Sequence record: SRR20825006_41
DNA: 51,349 nt
Reading direction: 5' to 3' (one strand)
Position numbers and translations under genes: made by a program. This document shows, in pieces, positions 1-9,282 of this stretch; the first letter of the stretch is position 1; every line of letters starts with the position of its first letter. The notes beneath the pieces are model-generated. The model ran no database searches. It saw only the letters and a list, made by a program, of their open reading frames with translations, and was not told the origin of the DNA.

Positions 1-267
1 GATATCGTCCATATTCATACCTCCGCCACCGCCGAAGCCACCGCCTTCAAAGGCTTGATGACCATACTGGTCGTAGCGCGCACGCTTGTTCTCATCTCCT
101 AAGACTTCGTAGGCCTCTGCTGCTTTTTTAAACATATCTTCAGCCTCAGAATCTCCCGGGTTTTTATCTGGGTGATACTTGATCGCTTTCTTACGATACG
201 CTTTTTTAATCTCTGCAGCAGTCGCATTTTTGCTTATGCCTAGTATGTCGTAATAATCTTCTTTCAT
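1..267 (-). CDS. dnaJ: Chaperone DnaJ, 5' part (runs off window)
   Basis: Hand translation from ATG at 267: [15 protein letters not shown]...[10 protein letters not shown]...[15 protein letters not shown], a J-domain with HPD motif and G/F-rich linker. Downstream of grpE. Not in ORF track. Confidence 0.96.
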   Translation of the reverse strand, partial: MKEDYYDILGISKNATAAEIKKAYRKKAIKYHPDKNPGDSEAEDMFKKAAEAYEVLGDENKRARYDQYGHQAFEGGGFGGGGGMNMDDI

Positions 268-304
268 CCCTATCTCTTCTTCAATCTTTAAAATTCATCT
301 ACAA

Positions 305-880
305 TTACTGGCCTACAACCACTTTAGGATAACGTATGATACGCTCCCCAAGCTCGTAGCCTTTCTCTACCACATCAACGATCTTTCCTTTAAGATCTTC
401 CTGCGGTGCAGGAATTTGAGTGATCGCCTCGTGTACATCTGCATCAAATGCGTCACCAGCTTGCACCTCCATTTGCTTAAGACCTTTTGTCTTTAGCGTT
501 TCGCGCAGCTTATTGCTGATCAGCTCAACTCCTTTCTGAAGGTTTTTGTCTTTAGCTTTTTCGATTTCCACCATTGCGCGATCAAAATCATCAAGCACCG
601 GCAACATGGCCTGCATCACTTCTTGACCTGCGGTTTTAAAAAGCTCAACACGCTCCTTACTGGTGCGACGTTTGTAATTCTCAAATTCTGCAAAAAGACG
701 TAAAAACTTGTCTTTTTCCTTTTCTAAATCGGCTTTATATTTTGCCAATTCGTCCTCATCTGTTGCTATATCTTCTGCAGCTGCAGGCTCTTTTTGCGCT
801 TCCTGCGTTGCATCTTGCACATCCTGTGCGTTATTCTCTTCGTTCTCGTGAAGAATTTCTTCTTTATTTTCTGAACTCAT
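305..880 (-). CDS. grpE: Nucleotide exchange factor GrpE
   Basis: LRLFAEFENYKRR, LPVLDDFDRA, FDADVHEA, KGYELGERIIRYPKVVV; adjacent to dnaJ. Confidence 0.97.
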   Translation of the reverse strand: MSSENKEEILHENEENNAQDVQDATQEAQKEPAAAEDIATDEDELAKYKADLEKEKDKFLRLFAEFENYKRRTSKERVELFKTAGQEVMQAMLPVLDDFDRAMVEIEKAKDKNLQKGVELISNKLRETLKTKGLKQMEVQAGDAFDADVHEAITQIPAPQEDLKGKIVDVVEKGYELGERIIRYPKVVVGQ

Positions 881-904
881 GGTATATCAAATTTGCTTTG
901 CAAA

Positions 905-946
905 TGGCAAAAGTACTGCCAATTCTATAAAAATGTCAAAATGTCA
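905..946 (-). promoter_or_regulatory. grpE-dnaJ promoter: Bacteroidota -33/-7 boxes overlapped by a TGGCA-N7-TGCCA palindrome with sigma54-type spacing
   Basis: Minus strand TTTG (940-937)-N21-TACTTTTG (915-908); TGGCA-gtactt-TTGC (921-907); tandem AAAATGTC x2 at 930-945. Confidence 0.6.
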
Positions 947-993
947 CCGATATATTTTATAGTTTATTTAAGAGCAATTTTCAATGTTTCTGC

Positions 994-1001
994 TATTTTT
1001 G
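994..1001 (+). promoter_or_regulatory. Putative -7 promoter box for the yceI-family gene
   Basis: TATTTTTG matches TAnnTTTG, 32 nt before ATG 1034. Confidence 0.55.
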
Positions 1002-1033
1002 ACCTCTCAATTAACACTAAAAAAGTATTTATA

Positions 1034-1708
1034 ATGAAAACCAAATTTTTATCGCTATTTGCTATGGCTGCGCTATTTACAGCTGTAGTATCTTGTAAGA
1101 ACGACAATAAAAACGAAACCGAAGCTGCAGAAGCAGAAGCTGCTGTTGAAGCAACTGCTGAAGCTACCAAATATATGGTAGACAAAGAAGCTTCAGAAAT
1201 TAAATGGTTAGGTGAAAAACCTACCGGAACGCACGACGGTGTAGTTGGCTTAGAATCTGGTGTAGTTCGTGTTGAAGGCGAGCAAATTAGTGGAAGCTTT
1301 TTAATTGATATGACTTCAATCACTGTTCAGGATTTAGAAGGAGATCAGAAAGCAAGTCTTGAAGACCACTTAAAAGGAACTGTTGAAGGTAAAGAAGGTG
1401 ACTTTTTTAACGTGCAAAAATTCCCTACTGCTGCTTTTGAAATCACCGGTGTAACTGAGGGTGAAGACGGAAAGAAAATGATGTCTGGAAACTTAACTCT
1501 TAAAGAAACTAAGAAAAACATTGAGTTCCCTGTAACTTACGAAGTATCAGGAAATACAATGACATTGAAGTCTGAGCCATTTACAATTGATCGTACTGAT
1601 TGGAATGTAAACTACGGTTCTAAATCAGTTTTTGATAACTTAGGTGACAAATTCATCAACGATGATATTGAGTTAGAATTTACAATTGTTGCTAACCAGC
1701 AAATGTAA
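1034..1708 (+). CDS. YceI-family lipid/polyisoprenoid-binding lipoprotein
   Basis: Start reassigned to ATG 1034 (MKTKFLSLFAMAALFTAVVSC lipobox); SEIKWLG, LEDHLKG..DFFNV.KFP, GNLTLK, FTIDRTDWNVNYGS. Confidence 0.88.
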   Translation: MKTKFLSLFAMAALFTAVVSCKNDNKNETEAAEAEAAVEATAEATKYMVDKEASEIKWLGEKPTGTHDGVVGLESGVVRVEGEQISGSFLIDMTSITVQDLEGDQKASLEDHLKGTVEGKEGDFFNVQKFPTAAFEITGVTEGEDGKKMMSGNLTLKETKKNIEFPVTYEVSGNTMTLKSEPFTIDRTDWNVNYGSKSVFDNLGDKFINDDIELEFTIVANQQM

Positions 1709-1726
1709 TTTGTAACGCTATTAAAA

Positions 1727-1757
1727 TTAAAAACCGGCTAAATGCCGGTTTTTTTTA
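1727..1757. terminator. Bidirectional intrinsic terminator
   Basis: AAAAACCGGC-taaat-GCCGGTTTTT with T-tract, between convergent genes. Confidence 0.85.
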
Positions 1758-1788
1758 TGTCTTCTATTTTCTCGCAACAACTAGTATT

Positions 1789-2697
1789 CTAATCTTCAAG
1801 AAGATCTTTAAGTGCTTTATTCAATTGAGTAAACTTAAAGATATAGCCTGTATTCTCTATTTTTTGCGAACTTACTTTCTGACTTTCTAGTACGATGGCT
1901 GCCATTTCTCCTAAGATCAACTTGAGCATAAATGCAGGAACCTTAGGCATAAAAAGCGGTTTGTTTAAAACGGCCGCAGCTTCCTTAGTCAAGGTTTCAT
2001 TAGTGACCGGCGCAGGTGCTACCGCATTGTAAATTCCTTCGTAGGCATTTATAATAACTGTTTTAAATATTCCGGCTAAATCATCTAGATGGATCCAAGA
2101 TTGCCATTGTTTTCCGTCACCTAAAGGACTGCCCACATAATAGTTTATAGGCTGAATCAACTTTTCAAGCGCACCGCCGTTTTCAGCCAATACGACTCCA
2201 ACCCTAACTTTAGAAACCTTAAGCCCTAAAGATTTAAATTGATCTGCTGAAGCTTCCCAGGCTTCTACCACCGTTCCTAAAAAGCCCGGATTATACGTCT
2301 CAAATGCTTCGGTGTACAATTGCGTTTTTGAAGAAGGATATGCGCCAATGGCACTAGCCGAAACAAAATGTTTTACCTCGTTTTCAGTGCTTTTTAAAGT
2401 ATCAAAAAGTAATTGCGCTGTCTGGGTTCGGCTTTCTAAAATGGTCTTTTTGTAGTCTTCGGTCCAGCGCTCTGCAATACTCGCACCTGCTAAATGTACA
2501 ATGGTCGTTACACCTTTTAAACAGGCTACATCTAATTCGCCCTTGGCGGTATTCCATAAAAAGCCTTTGTAATTGGATTTTGATTCAATTTTATCCGGAC
2601 TTGTAGTTAAATAATGGACTTCGTGGTTTGCACGAAGCAACTGTTTAGTAAGCGCCTGGCCAATTAATCCCGTCGCTCCGGTGATAAGAATTCGCAT
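1789..2697 (-). CDS. TIGR01777-family NAD-dependent epimerase/oxidoreductase
   Basis: Likely start ATG 2697 (MRILITGATGLIG Rossmann motif); HLAGASIAERW, SASAIGAY, WQSWIHLDD, YNAVAP. Confidence 0.9.
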   Translation of the reverse strand: MRILITGATGLIGQALTKQLLRANHEVHYLTTSPDKIESKSNYKGFLWNTAKGELDVACLKGVTTIVHLAGASIAERWTEDYKKTILESRTQTAQLLFDTLKSTENEVKHFVSASAIGAYPSSKTQLYTEAFETYNPGFLGTVVEAWEASADQFKSLGLKVSKVRVGVVLAENGGALEKLIQPINYYVGSPLGDGKQWQSWIHLDDLAGIFKTVIINAYEGIYNAVAPAPVTNETLTKEAAAVLNKPLFMPKVPAFMLKLILGEMAAIVLESQKVSSQKIENTGYIFKFTQLNKALKDLLED

Positions 2698-2845
2698 AGT
2701 TGGTTTTTGCTCTAAGTTAATCACAAATAGAAGAGTGCACCCTTGCTTTTAAATAGGTTTAACACACGTTAGTCTATATTTTTGAGTTGGTATTTACGTT
2801 ATAAATTGCGGTTGCTTTAACTTGCCTATGCATTAGAACGCTGTT

Positions 2846-4459
2846 ATGAAAAACCTTTTATTGGCATGCGCTACCGGTTTACTCCTCGCACTAGCCTGGC
2901 CTACTTACGGATTTCCGCTCTTATTATTTTTTGGGTTCGTGCCCTTATTATTTGCCACACGCAATTTGAATACTTCTGACGTTAAGCGCCCAAGACTAAA
3001 ACTTTTCGGACTTTCCTATTTAGCTTTTTTCATTTTTAATATCATCACAACGTGGTGGCTTTACAATTCTACGGGATTTGGGATGTGGTTTGCAGTTTTA
3101 GCCAACTCCTTGCTGATGACCTTAGTCTGGATGCTCTATTCCCGAATCAGCAAGCGATTTTCAACCAGCCTTAGTTTAACCTTTCTCGGTGCTCTATGGA
3201 TGCTTTTTGAGTTTATGCATCTCAACTGGGAGTTTGCCTGGCCCTGGCTGAATTTGGGCAATGCATTCGCGACCTATACAGGATGGATTCAGTGGTATGA
3301 ATATACCGGAACTTTTGGCGGAACGCTTTGGGTATGGCTTGTTAATGCATTGATCTTTGAAGGAATTTTGGCTTACGCCGAAAGAAAAAATCGGAAAATA
3401 CTGAGCGTCAATCTGGCCATTGCGGCGGCAGTGATCCTTATTCCTATAGGAATTAGTCAGTTAATTTTATTGAATTATACCGAAACCGAAAACCCAATTG
3501 AGGTGGTGTTATTGCAACCCAATATTGACCCCTATACCGAAAAATACAACACTACAAACGAGCGAATAGCCGACTTACTTTTTGAGGAAGCAACAAAAAC
3601 GCTCACTTCTTCAACCGATTATTTGATCGCTCCTGAAACGGTTCTCGCGGAAGGCGCCGGAGTTGATCTTCGCAGTTTTGCCTTTAGTGCAGAAAGGCAA
3701 AAAGCACAACAATTTTTAGAAGACTATCCCAACCTTAATTACTTAGCCGGAATTCAATTTTACCGGGTGTACAATGACAAAGCCGCTACCTTACCAACTT
3801 CAAATTATGTTGGCAAAGACCGCATAGGAAATCCCATTTGGGCAGATTTTTTCAATTCGGCTTTTTTACTAAATCAACAAGACAGCATTCAGATTTATCA
3901 CAAAAGTAAATTAGTGGTTGGCGTTGAAAACTTTCCGTATCAAAATGTTTTAAAACCGCTTTTAGGAGATATTATGCTTGACCTGGGCGGAACGGTTTCT
4001 ATGAAAACAACACAAGATAATCGCGTTGCTTTTACGGGAAGTAATGACAGTAAGGTGGGACCGGTGATTTGTTATGAATCGGTTTACGGAGCTTTTGTTA
4101 CCGATTATGTTAAGGAGGGAGCTGAATTTTTGGCCATCATCACCAATGATGCCTGGTGGGGCGATACCCAAGGCCACAAGCAGCACTTAAATTATGCACG
4201 CCTTCGTGCCATTGAAACCCGAAGAAGTATTGCGCGCAGTGCAAATACAGGCATTTCAGCATTTATCAATCAAAAAGGCGAACTGACCAAAGAATTAGGA
4301 TACGGCCTCCGAGGAAGTTTAAAAGGTACGCTCAATGCCAACGATACGTTGACTTTTTATGTACGCTTTGGAGATTATCTTGCTAAACTCGCTTTTATTC
4401 CTGTTATACTTTTATTAATACTTTCATTCTTCAGAAAACGTCGAGTAACCCAATTGTAG
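2846..4459 (+). CDS. lnt: Apolipoprotein N-acyltransferase
   Basis: N-terminal TM bundle, WPWLNLG, QPNI, nitrilase triad motifs PET / HKSKLV / ICYES, ITNDAWW, RAIETRR, SANTGISA. Confidence 0.93.
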   Translation: MKNLLLACATGLLLALAWPTYGFPLLLFFGFVPLLFATRNLNTSDVKRPRLKLFGLSYLAFFIFNIITTWWLYNSTGFGMWFAVLANSLLMTLVWMLYSRISKRFSTSLSLTFLGALWMLFEFMHLNWEFAWPWLNLGNAFATYTGWIQWYEYTGTFGGTLWVWLVNALIFEGILAYAERKNRKILSVNLAIAAAVILIPIGISQLILLNYTETENPIEVVLLQPNIDPYTEKYNTTNERIADLLFEEATKTLTSSTDYLIAPETVLAEGAGVDLRSFAFSAERQKAQQFLEDYPNLNYLAGIQFYRVYNDKAATLPTSNYVGKDRIGNPIWADFFNSAFLLNQQDSIQIYHKSKLVVGVENFPYQNVLKPLLGDIMLDLGGTVSMKTTQDNRVAFTGSNDSKVGPVICYESVYGAFVTDYVKEGAEFLAIITNDAWWGDTQGHKQHLNYARLRAIETRRSIARSANTGISAFINQKGELTKELGYGLRGSLKGTLNANDTLTFYVRFGDYLAKLAFIPVILLLILSFFRKRRVTQL

Positions 4460-5872
4460 CTATTGACCGCGATAGTATAAAACTGTACTGATGGTTTTCA
4501 GCAAAATATTCAAATCAAGAAAGAGGTTGCGGTGCTTGATATAAAACAAGTCATACTGCAATTTCTCTAACGTGTCATCTATTGATTCTGCATATCTGCC
4601 GCGCACCTGAGCCCAACCGGTCAAACCCGGTTTTACCGTATGCCTAATTTGATAAAAAGGAATTTTCTCTGAAAGTTCCTGCACAAAAACAGGACGCTCC
4701 GGCCGCGGACCAATAAGACTCATTTCACCCTTAAGAATATTCACGCATTGCGGAATTTCATCAATTCGCAGATTGCGTAAGATCTTGCCAAAAGGCGTTA
4801 TGCGCCGGTCGGTTTTACTGGCCCATTGGGCTCCTTCCGCCTCGGCATTTATGATCATTGTACGTAATTTTAGAATATGAAAAGGCTTACCGTTAAGGCC
4901 TACACGTTCTTGAGTATAGAAAAGTGGACCACGATTACCCATAAGATTCCCTATAAAAACTAAAGGAATAATAAACAGACTGACGAACATCACGCAAAGC
5001 GCAAAAATCACATTAAAAAGCCTGCTGATAAAAAGATAAAATCGGTTTTTATTACTTCGGCTAAACGGGAAATATTTATAAAAATCCCGCTCTACGTGCT
5101 GTACGGGTACGCGATGCGTGATCTCTTCATAGACTTGCGTGTATTCCCGGATAGGAAAACCACGCTCAAGCAACACCAGCAACTTATTGTACAACTCAAC
5201 GCCAACACCTTGCGCAGCACTAGCCACAACAATTTCGGAAACCGAATATCTCTTAATGGATTTGATCAGGTTAGCGACTTCAATGGCTTTCAACCTTCGG
5301 TCAAAATCCTTTGCTTGTATTTCATCAGTATTTACAAAACCGATTACCCGATAATTGGGATCTGCCTTATGAAGATTTTCGGCAATGAGATTGATATCAA
5401 AACTGTTCCCAACCACTAAAATACGCTTATTGAATCGCGGAGCCGAAATTAAACTAATGTACGCATACCGCCACACCAGTAAACCTACCACCATCGAAGC
5501 AAAAAAGAGTAGGATTTGCAATCTGTTTTCCGGTAAAACAGGAGTTACAAATGGAGTAAGAATAAAAAACAAAACCGTTGTAGAAACGGTCAAAAGGATA
5601 TTCTTTAAAGTAGTCTGAAAGGAAGCTGCTTTTTGTAAATCGTAAAGCTCAAAAATCGCAGCAAAAACAGTATAGTAGAGCCATAATACAAACACCCAAC
5701 CCCACCTGCTGTACCTGATCTTAAGGTAGTCAAATTGAAAAAGGCTATACACCAAAACTAAAGTTAGGGTTATAGCGACAAGATCAAAAATGCGCAACAA
5801 GATCTTGCGCTCTGAAATTTCAAAATGAATATTAGGTATCCAAGACATCAAGGGGGCTGTTTGGTCTTTCAA
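4460..5872 (-). CDS. Priming polyprenyl glycosylphosphotransferase (WbaP/WcaJ-like sugar transferase)
   Basis: N-terminal TMs, CoA-binding-like middle domain, C-terminal FYTQERVG, KLRTM, RIDEIPQ, GEMSLIGPRPERP, KPGLTGWAQV. Start TTG 5872 or ATG 5848. Confidence 0.92.
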   Translation of the reverse strand: MKDQTAPLMSWIPNIHFEISERKILLRIFDLVAITLTLVLVYSLFQFDYLKIRYSRWGWVFVLWLYYTVFAAIFELYDLQKAASFQTTLKNILLTVSTTVLFFILTPFVTPVLPENRLQILLFFASMVVGLLVWRYAYISLISAPRFNKRILVVGNSFDINLIAENLHKADPNYRVIGFVNTDEIQAKDFDRRLKAIEVANLIKSIKRYSVSEIVVASAAQGVGVELYNKLLVLLERGFPIREYTQVYEEITHRVPVQHVERDFYKYFPFSRSNKNRFYLFISRLFNVIFALCVMFVSLFIIPLVFIGNLMGNRGPLFYTQERVGLNGKPFHILKLRTMIINAEAEGAQWASKTDRRITPFGKILRNLRIDEIPQCVNILKGEMSLIGPRPERPVFVQELSEKIPFYQIRHTVKPGLTGWAQVRGRYAESIDDTLEKLQYDLFYIKHRNLFLDLNILLKTISTVLYYRGQ

Positions 5873-5884
5873 AGATAACGCATT

Positions 5885-6898
5885 TTAAGACAACAGCTTA
5901 TGCCATTGTTGCTTTACCTCCTCCCAATTGAAGGATTGCACAGTTTGATATGCTCGGGTAATAAGACGTTCTACCAATTTTGGATGTTGTAACAACCGCT
6001 CTATTGCGTTTACAAAAGCAGCGGCATCATTAGCGGCAACCAGCAAACCATTTTGATCATCAGTTATAAGTTTGGGAACCCCTCCTACATTTGTAGAAAT
6101 TACAGGAAGTCCTAGCGCCATCGCTTCTAACAAACTCACCGGAGTATTGTCGAAATGGGTTGTATTGATAAAAAGATCATAATAGGCTGCCAAAGTACAC
6201 CAAGCCTCCCGAGATAGTTTACCGGTAAAGCGCACGGTGATCCCTAAACGTTCGGCTTCGGCTTTACAAAGCTCGAGTGAGCCGTCTTTATCAGGTCCTA
6301 CCATACACAATTCGGCAGCAGGGTATTTTAAGTGTAGGGAATGAAATAGATGTATAGCAAGCAAAGGGTTGTAGATTTCAGCAAAAGAGCGCACCCATAA
6401 TAGTTTAGGCTGAATAGTTTCACGTTGCTTAAATTGATACAGGCTTAGATCGATTGCATTGGAAATATTAGTAACCTTTTGGAATCCGTTTTTGCTGAAA
6501 CATTCCATTAAAAAAGCTGATGGCGCTACATTGATATAGGCATTTCTAAATAAAATTTCAGAAGCCTTCGGACTCGTTTTAAGCCGCTCCGGAAGATTTC
6601 CACCGTGTAAAATAGGCATATAAGCTAATCCCAAGAAGAAACATAATCTCCCACTACAATACGCAAACCAAAAACTTTGCGTGCTATAGGTGTCGATCAA
6701 CACATAATCGGCCCAGTTTCGACTTTTGAAAACCGCCCAAAGCATGGCAAGCAATCGCAAGACTTTATTTCTCCTACTACTTGCATACCGCAACAGAAAA
6801 CCTTCAGCCTCAAGTCTTGGACCAAGCGTGTCTATTCCGGTGGGCGTAAAACCTTTATTGGCTAATTTGTTGCCGAGATACAGTATTCTTTGGCTCAT
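5885..6898 (-). CDS. Glycosyltransferase family 4
   Basis: DNTPVSLLEAMALGLPVISTNVGG (EX7E-type motif); likely start ATG 6898. Confidence 0.88.
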   Translation of the reverse strand: MSQRILYLGNKLANKGFTPTGIDTLGPRLEAEGFLLRYASSRRNKVLRLLAMLWAVFKSRNWADYVLIDTYSTQSFWFAYCSGRLCFFLGLAYMPILHGGNLPERLKTSPKASEILFRNAYINVAPSAFLMECFSKNGFQKVTNISNAIDLSLYQFKQRETIQPKLLWVRSFAEIYNPLLAIHLFHSLHLKYPAAELCMVGPDKDGSLELCKAEAERLGITVRFTGKLSREAWCTLAAYYDLFINTTHFDNTPVSLLEAMALGLPVISTNVGGVPKLITDDQNGLLVAANDAAAFVNAIERLLQHPKLVERLITRAYQTVQSFNWEEVKQQWHKLLS

Positions 6899-8225
6899 GC
6901 ATAACATTTAAAAGGGCTAAGGCGTACAGAAAAGCAGGTGCTGCAACCCGCATAGAGGAGTGATTGATCGTCAAAAACCAAAACCCATAAAAGGAATAAA
7001 ACAAGTAATTTTTCCGATTTCCGATACGATAAAATAATGGTGCTGCAAGTAAAATTAGTAGTGCTATAAGTCCGAAAACGCCGTGTTCAGAAAGCAATCT
7101 GCTGATCTCATTGTGGGAAGCCGCCAAAATATCTAGTTTTTCTTCGCGGTATTCTTTGGTTTTCCCTACACCAATACCCATCACCGGATTATTCATAAAA
7201 AAAGTAAGTTCAGAGGTAACCAACTCCTGTCGGCCTGTAGTTAGATCTTCTTTAATTCGCCCAGCTGCATCTTTATTGGCATAGCGCAGATCAATAAGTC
7301 CCATGGTGCGGACCGAGGAAATCAGCCACGTGATTGCAATAGCACTTCCTAAGATCATTAAATAAAAAGAGATGGCATTGCGCTTCTTACCGGAAACTCC
7401 CTGGAAATACATAACAATAAATGCCAGACTGATCAAAGCTGCAGTAAAAATACCACCACGAGAAAACGTGATAATGCCTCGATACGTCAAAAACATCAGC
7501 AAGCCCAAATTAATAAAAAAGATAAGCTTGTTTTTACTGTTCACAAAAAGCTGAACCACCAAAGCAAACATTCCTATACCTAGTGCTGTAGCCACCTGAT
7601 TAGGACCATACCCACCGGAAAGCGCAAAATTAGAATTGGTACCATTTAGTACTTCCCGAGTATCAGGGGTGTAAAATAAAAGATAAACTCCAAGGGCAAT
7701 AACCGGCATCAATAAAGCCCAAATAAGATGATGAAACTGTTGTTTAGATATTTTGCGATCATAACAATACAACGCCGAAATTCCTAAGCAGAATGGTCCG
7801 CTCAAATTGAAAATGACTGCTTTACGCACATTGGTATCAAAATTTAGGGTTTCAGCAGCATACAGTACTCCCGGAATCAACAACAATAAATACAACCAAT
7901 ACGGGGCGGATTTCCTTGAAGTACCGCTAAAAAACAAACCGATCAAAATAAAACAGATTACCGAATACTTCCCTGCTTCCCAAGGAATCAAACTTCCACC
8001 GGTCATCCTGAAAAACACCTCCCCCGCAGTCATATAGGCTGCTGCTAAAAGTGCCTGATTTTGCTTATTTCCAGATTGAAAAATCCATAAAATGAAAAAG
8101 ACTATAGACCCTAAAAAGTAAAATAAACCCAAAAACCGAAACAAGTATATAGCAAAACCAATAGTGACGTGGAGCCCTATTAATTGCAAATACCGCTTGT
8201 TATAGTTTTTAAATAATTTGAGCAT
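6855..8225 (-). CDS. O-antigen ligase / Wzy_C-family polytopic membrane protein
   Basis: About 10-12 hydrophobic segments; TFSRGG, TTGR, GIGVG, SHNEISRLLSEHG motifs. Confidence 0.8.
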   Translation of the reverse strand: MLKLFKNYNKRYLQLIGLHVTIGFAIYLFRFLGLFYFLGSIVFFILWIFQSGNKQNQALLAAAYMTAGEVFFRMTGGSLIPWEAGKYSVICFILIGLFFSGTSRKSAPYWLYLLLLIPGVLYAAETLNFDTNVRKAVIFNLSGPFCLGISALYCYDRKISKQQFHHLIWALLMPVIALGVYLLFYTPDTREVLNGTNSNFALSGGYGPNQVATALGIGMFALVVQLFVNSKNKLIFFINLGLLMFLTYRGIITFSRGGIFTAALISLAFIVMYFQGVSGKKRNAISFYLMILGSAIAITWLISSVRTMGLIDLRYANKDAAGRIKEDLTTGRQELVTSELTFFMNNPVMGIGVGKTKEYREEKLDILAASHNEISRLLSEHGVFGLIALLILLAAPLFYRIGNRKNYLFYSFYGFWFLTINHSSMRVAAPAFLYALALLNVMHEPKNTVSRQQISQ

Positions 8226-9279
8226 AAATAGAAAGTACTTCAGTCAAGATTGACGGAGCTCCATAATGTTCTTTTACTTTATCTTGAAATATTTTGGCTT
8301 TTTGCTGCGCTTCTAAAGGATTCTCTTCCAAGTGAAGTAAAGCCGAAGCAAATGCTTCAGTATCTCCTGGCGGCACGCAAATCCCAGCATCATCCAGCAC
8401 CTGCTTACATTGCCCAACGTCTGTTGTAATTACAGCAAGTCCGGCTTGACCGTACTCCAATAAGGCCAAAGGCAAACCTTCCGAATTTGAAGACAATACT
8501 CCAGCATCAAAATGCGGTAAAACAGCCGACATTTTTAAATAAAGCCCATGGTAAAAGACAGAACTTTTAAATGGATGCTCTTTTAACCGCTGCAAAATGG
8601 ATTTTGCATACAGCGTGTCAGGTGCTTCTCCAAATAAATGTAACGTATACTCGGGATTTGTTTCAAGTAACTTTTCAAAAGCATCTAAGAGCAGATGATG
8701 GTTTTTTTGAGGCCTCAAATTCGCTACGCAAACAATGCGTTTTCCGCGCACCCCTCGAAAATTTTCAGTGGTGTCATAAGGTAGAGCTTCAGCAATAAAA
8801 TTTTTAATGCAAAAGGTTTTTTTAACCTTCAAAGTTTGTTTTGCCCAAATCGCTAGTTTCTTATTTACCGAAAAAACAGCGTCAAATAATGTACTAAAAA
8901 CCCTCAGATATCCGGTATTCCGATCCTTCAAAAACTCACTATTCCCGTAATGATCGTGCCAAATCAATTTAAGGCCCGGAGTCATTAACTTAACCAGAGC
9001 AGCGATAAAATAGCTGCTTCCGTGCGCATGAATGATTTCAATCTGATGTTGTTTAATAAAACGCTTTAATCTAAATACAGCAGCTACATCTAAGCGGCGT
9101 TTCCGCGCTAAATACAAATAAGGCACTTCGGGTTTAATCAACTCCCTTAAGGGTCCTTCCTCTCTGGTAGAACAGAGAGCAGAGACCTCAACCCTATCGC
9201 ATATTGCATTGGCATAATTAATCGCCATCCGTTCTGCGCCACCAATAGCCAAACTATCTATCAATTGTAGAATGCGCAC
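8209..9279 (-). CDS. Glycosyltransferase family 4
   Basis: GGAERMA, VANLRPQKNH, SEGLPLALLEY, TDVGQ; GTG start. Confidence 0.9.
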   Translation of the reverse strand: MRILQLIDSLAIGGAERMAINYANAICDRVEVSALCSTREEGPLRELIKPEVPYLYLARKRRLDVAAVFRLKRFIKQHQIEIIHAHGSSYFIAALVKLMTPGLKLIWHDHYGNSEFLKDRNTGYLRVFSTLFDAVFSVNKKLAIWAKQTLKVKKTFCIKNFIAEALPYDTTENFRGVRGKRIVCVANLRPQKNHHLLLDAFEKLLETNPEYTLHLFGEAPDTLYAKSILQRLKEHPFKSSVFYHGLYLKMSAVLPHFDAGVLSSNSEGLPLALLEYGQAGLAVITTDVGQCKQVLDDAGICVPPGDTEAFASALLHLEENPLEAQQKAKIFQDKVKEHYGAPSILTEVLSIYAQII

Positions 9280-9282
9280 GGT

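Noticed and set aside
893-1033. Long N-terminal extensions in the ORF track (yceI from 893, wza from 38166, DUF4920 from 47821, acetyltransferase from 32354)
   Set aside because: They run over promoter boxes or neighbouring genes, and downstream ATGs give proper signal peptides or family starts
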